Of a DNA stretch of 64,000 nt, positions 47,101 to 59,100 are shown one piece after another (the first letter of the stretch is position 1; each line of letters opens with the position of its first letter). The notes below the pieces were generated by a model. That model did no database searches. It was not told the origin of the DNA and worked only from the letters and a program-made list of their open reading frames with translations. This DNA is from Laetmonice hystrix (lineage: Eukaryota), in assembly GCA_965235115.1 (NCBI GenBank), contig OZ249436.1, positions 57,350,001 through 57,414,000 on the forward strand. The letters are read 5' to 3'. The position numbers and the translations under genes are program-made.

Positions 47101-50100
47101 CTAAGTGTACCTTATTTTTTCATCGTAAAAGGTTTTGATAGGTTTTTAGTGACATTTCTAGGGCTGCTGTTATTTGAAATGGATTTTTGGTCCCAAGTTA
47201 AGTTCAAGGCCTTAGTTGATGCAAGTTGTTTCTGAGGGGATTTATTTACATTTTCTGATGACTAGTGAGGGATGGGCAGTAGCTGACGTCCGTTTTGATT
47301 ACCATTGCAGGAGGTACCTCACCAGCACAATGGGAGGATATCACTGGAACCACACCCCTTACCTTTGTCAATGATTGTGTGTCTTTTACTACTACTGTAT
47401 CAGCAAGGTCAGTTTGAGTCGTGCATATAAATATTGATATTATGGTTGGTACCACTACAACTGGATCTTGTTTCGTCTTTCATTACTATCGTTTATTTTC
47501 TTATGATGTGACAGAGAGAGGGAGAGATATATAAAATAATACTGGGGAGAAAACTGTAAATTATAGTACCGGTATAAGAATTGGATGTTTTTTTTACAAT
47601 TGCTTTATAATGGAGACAAGTTATATTTACGGAAATGACTTCGTTCTCATAATCTTGGTTTATTTGGTTGTTTTAGGTTTTGGCTTATGGACTGCCAGAA
47701 TATAAATGAGGCAGCAAAGATGGCGACCGAACTTTATCGGGAAGCCATTGCAGTACCTTTCATGGCCAAGTTTGTAGTGTTCTCAAAGCGTCACGAACCA
47801 CAAGAAGCTCGTCTGCGCGTCTTCTGTATGACAGACGACAAGATGGACAAGACTCTGGAGACGCAGGAACACTTTTCAGAAATCGCAAGAAGTCGAGATG
47901 TTGAGGTGGGTTTAGAGGGTTGTAATAAAACAGAGAGAAAGATAACAGGATCAGGGTTATTTTCCAGCTGCTTCTCCTTCATGTATAATTGATTTATATA
48001 TTTTTTTGTACATTATGTGCCATAATACATGATTTTATAACAACATTAATTTCACTCCCGTTTGATTGCACCTGAAATGACGTGTTCTGTGATGGTTTGT
48101 CCGTGTCAGGTTCTGGAGGGTAAGCCCCAGTACGTGGAAATGGCTGGGAACCTTGTACCCGTCACCAAATCTGGTGACCAGCTCTATATTAACTTCCACG
48201 CCTTCCGAGAAAACCGGTTACCGTTCCTTGTCCGTGTACGGGACAGCAGCCTGGACCCGGTGGGCAGGATAGCATTTATGAAGGAGCCCAAAGTACAGCG
48301 AGGAGAGGCTCCTCAAACACCCATCTGCAACCTCAACGTCACGCTGCCAGACCTCCAGAAGGGCGAGCCCTGCGTAGAGCTCGACTCGGAGGCTGCACAA
48401 GAGCTACGACGGAAATACGAGTTGGCCAAAAGCGGCATGAGTATGTGTCCGTCAGATCTGATTTTTAGGGCCATTGGTTTATTGTTATTTTCCGTGTTTT
48501 GTTGTACATTGGCTGTATAAAAATTTTATATCGCAAAATGCTGTGATATACACTCTCGCTATTCTGAAATGGACACATTCGATTTTTATCATAAGGAATC
48601 CACAAGGAGTTAAAGGAGCAATTAAAATGCTTAACCCTACATACAGTGTTTTCCTGTCCGACTAATTTTGTTTAACCATGTCGTTTTAGTTGAAGACCAA
48701 ATATCCAAAGCTGAACTGCGGTTAACAGATATAGCAGACACCTTGCAGGGTGACTGGGTAGTGTTAGCCCGTCAGCTTGGAATCACTGAGGAAGAAATCA
48801 ACAAGATCCAAACCGAGTATACTTACGTCAGCGAGCAGGCCCTCGTCATGCTCCACCTGTGGGTGCAGAAAAATGGCGACAACGCGACAGGTGAGGCTGC
48901 GACACCAGCTCAATGTCAAGGTCGTGTGTTGTGGGATTCTTACCTCCCCCCCCCCCCTTCCCAGGTCACCAGGCTCACCAGCATGCCAGTCAGATTTATT
49001 AAAAGGTTTTTCCACATACATACAAAAAAGAATCAGATTTTCTAAAAATATCTGGGATGGCCATTTAGTGAGTGACCCACGCAAGACCTACTTGGGTTAT
49101 TGTCATGAAACCCACGCCCTTATTTCACTTTCGGAAATTAGGTTGTGTGTTTTGTTATGTATTAATGTAGGTTTGTTCAATGGTAGTCAGTAACCTAGTA
49201 TGAGATTTAAAGCAGGTTACAAAATTTAATATAGGGCAGATGGACAAAGTCATAGTTGCATGAATTATGTGTATTCAGTTTGATAAAATTGCACTAGTGA
49301 TTGTAGCAAGGTAAATTTGATTAACATTATCTTATTTAATGGCACACAATTGTAGCTATCACTGTTTTATTTTCAACAATAGGTGAAGGAGTGATCAATT
49401 GTAAGCATATTTGTCTTCGTAGCTTGTAGCATAACTTGTTGTAAGACCTTATAGGCCTTAAGGACATCCGTAGATTGGTTATGTGGGCTCCAGTCCACAT
49501 TGAATGGTAATCAGAAAACCTACTAAGGCAAGGACACAGTTAGGATGTTATTAACCTGTCTCTTGGTGGCGGGTTGAACTATACTCTCAACAAAATGTTT
49601 TCCAGACCCTTTTGGAATTTGTGTTGTACGACACCCATTCAATGCTGTTAAATGAAAATTAAATCAAATGTTGTTAAATAAAAATAACATGTGCTGTTCT
49701 TAGTACAACACATTTATCTCAACATAGACTACAGCGGTCAGGAAAAAGAAATTGTGTGCAGAGGGGTAGGAAAAAACATTTTGTGCAGAGTATATATGGT
49801 GTTGGTTAGCTCCCTTGATATAAATACATGTTATTCATAATGACGTGAGCAGATTTCAAACTTCTGCCTTAATATACTCCAGTGCCTGTTACAGGCAACG
49901 AACTCGAGCGTGCCTTGCGTAAGATTGGTCGTGAAGATGTTATCCGCAAATGTATGTACAACATCGAGGAAGTCATGGACCCCGTGGAGCGTGCGGTGGC
50001 CAAAACCCAGATTGACCAAACTGGTATGTAATGGCGATCACATCGCTTAATCCCAAACATGATAACATGATAACATGATAACAAGATGATAATGGTATCA

Positions 50101-53100
50101 AAGAGAACAGCTCAGATAGACCTCCAGTTTTGTAACCTGACTAGATGTTGCAGGAGACAATGTATGGATAATCTTGGATCTCTATTACTACTCTGTGAAT
50201 GTGGTTGCACTGTTTCCCTGTTGTCGTAGTACCTTAACCTGGATGGTTACTTTAGCAGATTGCCGCATTGTTCAGACAACTTTTACTATTGTTATTGCAG
50301 GCTTTGATGAACTCAAGGAAGAGCTTGGTCCGTCACGTGACTCCACCTTACCTCGCGGCTTGTCCCTTGATGTTTCCTATGATGAACAGGACATTATGAA
50401 GGTGGGTTGCCCTCAAGGGATCAAAAACAAACATTTTCTGTTGTTATAGATTTGTACAGGTCACTATCAATGTGAGTGGCCGAGGATATGAATAGTTTTC
50501 TGTAGTAGAATAGGTGCCTGTAGAAATCGACCAAGTGATGGGTGAAGATACGACAAGCGCAAATAATTATTTTGTCATGTGGCTTGTAAGCTTGTAGAGC
50601 TTCCTGTAGACTGCCAGAACGAAGTATTAAAGTTTGGATTTTGTAGCAGTGATAGCGATTTAGTTTAAGCAATGCATGTAAAATATATTGTATTCGGTTT
50701 GACTGGTCAGTTGATCAATTCACTGCTGAAATATACTAAATCACGATGGAAAATTAGAACTCGTTGACACATAATTAGATTGGCCTTGAATGGATTTTCT
50801 AGGAGTATGAAGAGAAGCTAAAGTTTCGGTTTCCTTGCAAAGGTATCTTTGGAAAAACTAATTACTTTTTATGGGGTAATTTTGATGAATATTTGAAGCA
50901 ATAGGAAATCATTGTACTTCCATGGTCAGGGGGCTTTTAAACAGTTTATTTAGCATGGATGTACATGTAGCTCCAAAAGTCCCAAACTTTCAAACGAGGC
51001 CTACAGAAACTAAAGTAGAAAAGCACTTTACATCTTACAAATAGGGATTTCTCCTGCCTGTGCCATTTTCGGTTAGGTTTTAACTGTGGACTTTGAATGT
51101 ATTATAGCGGGGGTATTTTTACACACTATGGGAGTTCACCGTACAGGGAACCGACAGTGTCTTTAATTGTTGGTTTTTAATGAATAATAAGACTATTACA
51201 ATAACAAAGGATACTAAAAGGTGCCAATCAGTTCTGATCAGCGCCCGGCCAGCATTACCCTGAGCTTGCTTGATTCACCAGCATGTCGCTCCCCCGGGAG
51301 CTTGATCTTACCCTACCTGTCATCAGGTCTTACACTGCTTGTTCATCTGTCTCCCCTCATCTTACCTTAGGTGTATCAATCTGTAGGTCCATCTAGACTG
51401 CATGACATCATGGAGACATAATAGAAACTGTGTCAGACAGATCGTCGTTTATTTATTCTAAACTGTTGTCAACCAAGTATTTCTGTAGATAATATACAAT
51501 TTCATTATGGATTGCAAACATGTGAAACAACCTTTGTAAAGTATAGTTTTTGTGATTTAGACGTTCTGTGTCATGGTTGGAATAGTTTTTAGAACTTTCA
51601 AATTCTAGTCATATAACTTTAGCAAGAGGATCCAGAAAATTATCTGAATACCGGACACCAAAGAATTCAAATACTGCCAAAAACTGCCAAGGCACCATAA
51701 CTTTGCACATCATCATGTCCCATTTAAACATAGGTAGAATTGAAGAAGCACTTTCTATTGCTTGTCTTCATGAGTAAAGCTTGAAGATGCAAAAACCGTT
51801 GAGTAAGGACTAAAGATGTGAAGACCAAGGTGTAGTTTGCTTATGTACTGATAGAAACGGCTTACCAATGAGTGTTTGTGTCACCATGACATCATCATAA
51901 CCCAGTGATGGCAGCGCCGTAACGTAGTGTCACTGATCAGAACAACTAGAGATCGAATGCTTACTCCTGCAGCACTCTCACCTTAGCTTAGTAACCGACT
52001 GTGTTCTTGTTTTCGGCATGTGTTCATTTCTCTAGGCTCACCAAGAGTTGCAGGTGAGACACTCGCGCCACACCCTATGGCTCTCGGCTTTATAATATCA
52101 TACTTGCGCTCTATGTTTTCACACTTCAAGCACTTTCCCTATATCTATATCTTCACCTAGCACCGTCTTTAGGCCAGCTAACCTGGCTGGGATACGCACA
52201 CCATGTTCCATATAGGCCTACATGTACTGAGTGAGAGAACATACCGGCTCTTCCCGAACTCTTGGAACCCCTTCAGTGATTGTAATGGGTATATTGGTAA
52301 GCGGGTCTCCCTTTATAACAGCGAAGAACATTACAAATGTAATCATAGATAAAAAAAGGATAAAAATATCAAGTTGACTTTTCACTTTGTCTGACCGACT
52401 TTTTCGACGGACTTTATTAATTTATTAATGCTCCTTGGCTCAGATACACTCAAGCAGTAATACTACGCCGTCACATTTCCACCGAATGATAAACCTTTGT
52501 TGTTTGTGCGTTTTTCTGTATGTACCATACGTGCTATAACAAAATTAAGATTTAGTGTGGATTTCCTCTTCTCTAACATGTGACTTTAACATAGCTATAT
52601 TTGTAGACTTTCCCAGGTAAATGTCTAACTAAATATCGTGGCGGTATTTCTTAATAGGTTCCTTAAGATTGTGTAGGATTGATGTGTGTGTGTCCTAACC
52701 AGGTGCTTGCAGGTGTGTAGAATAGCTTCCACGGTTAAAGGGGGTGTTTGTGTGTGGGGGTGCGTGCGTGGGGGTGGGTGCGTGCGTGCGAGATTCATAA
52801 TGGACAGCATGCAAGTAGTTGACAACATGATTCCAGCGACCAGTAGATGACAAAACATGTGTGTTAGTTATAGTCATGGTTATTTCTTACTGAGGTTTAG
52901 AAATAGTAGAGAATAATTTTAGCTTTGAGAATCATGTACGTTTTTTGAAAAAGGTTCAGTCGAAAGTAGGATGCTTGATCTGTGCCATGATTACCGATAT
53001 ATCTGTTTTGGGGACCCTGGCCAAAGAGATAGTTTGAAGGGAAAACGGGTGAGGTGGAATGTTGTCTTTAAAAACTTGGGAGGTATCTGATAATCTGGTG

Positions 53101-56100
53101 TAGCTTTCTCATTGCTTTCGTAGTCTTCGCTTAACGCCACATTCTGGGCTCTTGTTCTTACACATAGTCTTGTAGCTCTTCATTTGACCTAGCTTGTTCT
53201 CTTTCTTCCTTCATCATGGAGGATCTGTCCTGTCACTCTTTCTCGACCCTCAATAACTAGACTTTCTTTTGTGAAAATGAACACATATAATGGGCCGAAA
53301 TCACAAAAGAAATGAGAGTCTTTATATTGCAGGCAATAGTATGAAATTGGGGATATGGTGTAGTCGTCTTTCCTGAGTAAAATTTGGTAGCGTGAAGATG
53401 GACCGCAAACTGATGCACGTTTCACGTTTGTCAAGACGCCTGGCTTTCTCACTATGACGAGCCAGTTTCAAATGAGTACACTTCGTTAGGGTACAATACA
53501 GATAAGGCCATCAGACTGTTTGTGGAGACACTAGGCAATCCTATACTCAGTCCGTGTAAGCAAGCATATCTGTTGTCACAATTCCAGGTCTATTTGTTGT
53601 CGCCTCGCCAAATATTGTTCGTGGCGTACTGTTGTTAAATGGGATAGGCCTAATAAACAACAAAATGAAACAGTATGTTGATTTTCAGGTTTTCGCACTT
53701 TCCTGTTTTCTATTGAATATTTCCAATGTTCCAGGAATCCGAATCAGCAGGCGAAGAATCAAGCGATGCTGGCTCCGTTGTAGAGAAGCGTGTTGGTAAG
53801 TATTGTCACACAAAACGATCGTGCCAGAGTGTGATCCATTACTGGATTACTAGGTTGTAGTACATTGGTAGGCCCAGTTCTTATTAAAGGTGGTGGGCCG
53901 CTAGGTGGTGGAAAGATTATCACTGTTGTGAATCCATCTGGCATTTAAATTCTGATAGTCTGATTGAGCTTGAACTGGATTTTAAAAAAGAACTGTTGCT
54001 TTATCACCCAAGAATGATGATTAAACATAAACCACAGATGGTTAATTTACATCATAATGTACTAAAGTCAGTTTGAATGTAAATTGACCTATTTAGAACG
54101 TTATGCATTTGCTGTGACGTACATATGTGTAATTACATTATGTACAAATACGTTTGATATAGAGTGGCATATTTCCAAACGATGCACGTGCCCTACATGT
54201 AATATCCTACGGATATGAAATTATGATTGTTGCAAAAGTACTCAATAATATTTCAAAGATGACGACATAAGCCGACGGACAGATGCGAATGAAAGTATGG
54301 ATGGTCAGATGGTGTGAATGAACCTGCCCTACATTTCCCAAACTTCATCCCGCATTATATGACCTCCTCCACGTGTGTTATGACCTGTCAGGCTCCGTAA
54401 GAGAAGAAGGCATCATTCCCGAAGTAGACCTCCGGCATGGAGTCATCATCACCCCCACCGAAGAAGAAGAAAGACAAATTTCGGCGAAAAAGCATGACGC
54501 CTATGTGACACTTGCTCAGCAGATGAACGAGCAAGTTGATATTGAGGCGGTTATTGACCGGACCCCAGGTACACGGTGCCTCGGTGTTGAGTCTCACTCT
54601 TTGATTTATTTACGTCCAAGTGCAGCACTGCAGTACTTGCATGCCGAAGATTTAACTTAGTGCATTTATTATTTTCTGTACTCTTACAGGTACCCGCCCT
54701 TGTGAATTGTTGTATGCACATGTCACGAGTGGCCTAGCTCGCGAGGTTCAACGCTTGAAGCTTGTTCAAGTATCTCGTCCTGAATTCCCTTTGTGAAAGT
54801 ATCCAACATTAATGTTAAAATACAAGATAATTATTATTTCTGTTTATTCTTGAACGATCTCAATGACAAGTTTTAGGAGAGTTCAACTCCCACCACCCCA
54901 CCCAAACAAAAGACCGCAAAATCAAGCTTCAAACATTTGAAGTAGTTCTGTGCACACATTTAGCGAAAAACCGGGCCATTAGAAAAATGTTATTTGCTCA
55001 GTGTATATACGCGGTACGGTTCTTTGTAAGTGTGTGAGCATATCAAATTAACAGTTTTGTTTCTGTCTTGAATCAATTTTGAACAACTCAAATGATTGTG
55101 TCTACATACGGGTGCATTAAATGAATTTCGTATCAGAATTTTGTGTCAAGACGGACAAATAGAGATTTGTGTGCACAGAACCGTTTTATGTTGAAACTGA
55201 CTTTCCTATAAAGCTTTCAGAGATTTTTCCTTTGCAGGTTTTCTAATTACGTCCTTTTACTATCAGTGTGATCGTTATGATGTGTATATGTATAGAAAGT
55301 GGTGAATTAGCTGACTGCTCAGATTGGAGAAGCACAGATTTTCATTATACAGAACCTGATGTACTCGTTGAACCCTCTATTTGAGCACCAAACCTACTTA
55401 CTCTATTCTGTATGGAGCGGTAACTGAACACAGACGTCACCATGGCAATCTACAGCAAGAATGTTTGCAAACATCTATTTCAAAAGATTTAGACTCCTTT
55501 CATGGTAATGCATGATGGGCACTCATGTATACATGTACAAGTTTTCTAAATTTTTAAGTGGAATGCTACCATTCCCTGAGATTGTCGGGTTGACTCTGTT
55601 TTGCCATCCCTTGAAAGCCTAGACTGCCTGCATGAGCACGTGTTATGCATGAAAATACAACAGAACTGCTTTTACGGCTGTTGGAATGTTATGGTTTTGT
55701 CCGATGGAACAAAGCTCGTACTCCACGTCCCACTGCCAGCTCACCGATAATCTAAAAAGAATTTTTTTTTGGTGATACGTAAAACTTTTAAGATTTATAT
55801 TATAAGCCAGTTTACAAGGCATGCCAAAGTTTAAGTCTGTCTATCATAATCTAAAAGTTCTAGGCGCTGAATTGATATAAGAGTGCAAGTTTTGGAACTT
55901 TCATGATATTAAGTTTGCATAAATATTTTCCCTATATTGTTCAGAATAATTCATATCTGGTGCTGTTTATACGTATGTCCCTGTCCTTGGATTCTGAGTG
56001 CATCATTGAAGCTGAATATCCTACTCTATAACAACTGATGTATTGAAACGAAAGTATTAGATTAAAATGTGCATTTTGTCCCGGTATAATAAAAGCGAAG

Positions 56101-59100
56101 GTGAAACCATGATACACGGTGTACTGGTGAAGGTGGGGGCTTGGTGTTGGTATGAGGTGTGCACCCAAGTCCTACTAACTCGTTTCAGAAACACAATCCC
56201 CCATCCACGAAGAGAAGATCGCAGAACGGTTCCAGTCCCGTGAGCCCACTCATGTTGATGATCTTATAGAGCGGGTAGAGGCCATTAAAGTGGAGGGCAT
56301 GGACGACCGCTTGTCCCGTTCCTCCAGCGAAGACTCGCTCGTGGCCCGAGATGAAGCCAAAGGTAGAGATGAGACGAGCGGTGTGGGGGGTCTCAGCCAG
56401 CACCACCTTGGTGGTGGCGGTGGCGGGGCGCCTCACCATCATACAGCAATGTGACCACCGGCGCCAGCACGAACGCCGGCATGTGTCCCCGTCCTGTAGT
56501 GGTGTGACACTGCACCAGCTGACTTGTATCTGTGGCCTGCATGAGTGGCTTCTACCACCTTGTACTATTTGAAGATGCGCACTCATTTTGTGCTGTTTTC
56601 TTTGTTTTCACTGATCATATTTTGTTTTCATTATGTTTTTCTTAACCGCCAGCTTTCAACTAGGCGCGATAATATGTTCATTAAAAGGAATACTTCATCC
56701 AAAAGTGTACGACAGAACATACATAATTTCGGTAGTTCTCTTCTGTTGGTCATTTTGATTACTATTGGACATTGGAAACCAGTATTTTTACAGAATTTAA
56801 TCTGTTTGTTTGAAATTGAGAGTATCTGAACTAACCCAAATTATGGATGCATCCGAGTATTATACACCATTTCTTATTTTGTGTAACGTCATGTGGGAAT
56901 GTTTTGAAAACCTGTAGAAAATTATCCAACAGATGTAAGAATTTAAGCTTAGTTTTTTTTTGTGGTGTGGATGTGTTTGACAGTGTATAGAAGTGCTGTG
57001 CTGTTCAAAGTATGACCATGCATGTTACTGAACCCGGCGTAATCCGTACAGTTTATTAAGCTATGTCCAAATGGAAGCAGTAGCGTAACAAAAATAGAAG
57101 CTTTAAGTGGCCATTTACCTGTTGTGTATAAGCGTAACTCTGTGGAAGGAAACTTGGACTCGGTGTTTTGGAAATTGAACGTTTTTTTGGTACAAGGGTA
57201 AACTGATTGGGACACCAAAGTCTGGTAATAATGAATGAGACTGAGACCGAATTCGTTTGAACTAAAATGTTTTATTACGACATTGTAAGAAAGTAGATAA
57301 ATAATAAAAGGAATGTTGATAATAAAAGGGGTAATAAAACATTTCTGTGGGTTTTTGTGGGAAGTATATTTTTGAGAGAGGGTTTAGTGGTTTATTGGTT
57401 AGTGAGATCGTTTGAGATTTCAGTTTCTTTATTGTTAATGGCCCATGGGGGGATTTAAGTTAATGTAAGGTTACGTTAAGCGAGTGTAGCGGAGAGGAAA
57501 GTGACCGAGTGAGAGGCAGGGAAGGTGGAAGAAAATTGGGACCAGAAGTGACGTGTAGATGGCGGAGATTCAGGTCTCAGACCATTCATTATGCGTAATG
57601 AAATACATTACGGACAATTTACAAATTGTAGTGGTATCTGTATAAGGGTAGATCGGATACTGCAGAGTTCAAGTACGTATTGTACATTTAGTAAGTCGTA
57701 TCATCATTCACTGTTTTCGTGTGTAAAGAAGAGCGATCCCGTAGATACACCCTTGCATCATTCACATTCTTCGTGTAAAGAAAAGCGACCCTTTCAATAC
57801 ATCCTTAGTCAGTTGAAGTTTTAATAAAGAATTTACACAAAATGGATAAATGGTTTGGCAAATTTCATAAAACTAGTAATAAGAGACACATCTCAGCACT
57901 GACGAAACAAAGAAGGTATAAATGAAGGAGGGCACATGTTAAGTCAATTTGCAATGAAATTATTTTTCATCTGATCATTTGAGGCGCTTTGTGAATTACT
58001 GCACTTTAGTGCCTTTCTTTACGACCTGAAGTTCCTTCAGTATGGCTGAGATGGGTCAATTATACCGGCAGGATATTCTAACCTTTAACGAAAGGTTTGT
58101 TCTAAAATGATACGAGCAGGAATATTCTCGCCCATGGTTAACTGCAACATTTTGGGAAAACAAATTAAAGAACTGACGGGGAGAAACTTTAACTTTCCTC
58201 CTCTGCTTTGCCTCCCAAAACTTTCAGTTGGATATAACAGTCTTTATTAGAGTGTTGATAATTATTGAATGCATGATAACGAGTGAAAACCCCTGCATCC
58301 CTGCTATCTCCTTGCTCTTCTCTACTGGTGCTTATGAGGGTGTCTGGTTTTCAGATGGGGTCCATGATAAACATGTACGCAGCAAGACAAAGACACCTCC
58401 TCCATCCCCAGCAGAAAGAGGCAGCTCGCAAGGTACTTGCTCTTACACTTGTGCACTCTCCATGTCTACGGCTAACACTCAGCCCGTGTTGTACAGCTGT
58501 CTAGTTGTCGTGTCCAAACCTGTTGGTATATACACTCCAAGCTCGCAGCCACCAGCCAGCACACTGCCGCGAGATCTTCATCTCTCTCCAACACCAAGTA
58601 GATCTAGTTCCACATACGTCAGCCGTTTTCCAGGTCCTTTTCTTGACTTGTGGTAGTTCGTCGCCAAATATGACATGTCTTACTTCCCTATACAGCAGAA
58701 ATATGTAAGTACTTATGAGTGACATTTGTCACAAAGCGTCGGAAACTCCTGGTGGCATTGTATACTGGGGTGGCCACAGACTTGGACAAGGCAACAGACA
58801 GCAAGGGGTCAGTATGTGCATTTACTGTCATTCTGTCATCCTCCATACAACAGACATGTACGGTATGTGTTGATTCAATTTCAATTTCAGGACATCCACT
58901 TTTTTCTCAACACAATCATTATTTTCCACAATCAATTTACTGTATATTTACCTTATCCTTCACCCGTTCAGATCCATTTTCCTATATTTTGCCTTACTTT
59001 ATTTTGTTCGGATCCAATCTGCCTGACAGTCCACCAGTTCATTCAATAGTACAAAGGAAACAAACGATGAAAACAAGAAAGTCTATCATTCTACACTGCC

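Noticed and set aside
48441-48520. Hydrophobic read-through tail ([20 protein letters not shown]-stop) if the UPA intron is retained
   Set aside because: T-rich intron sequence routinely translates as hydrophobic; the donor is good and there is no nearby AATAAA
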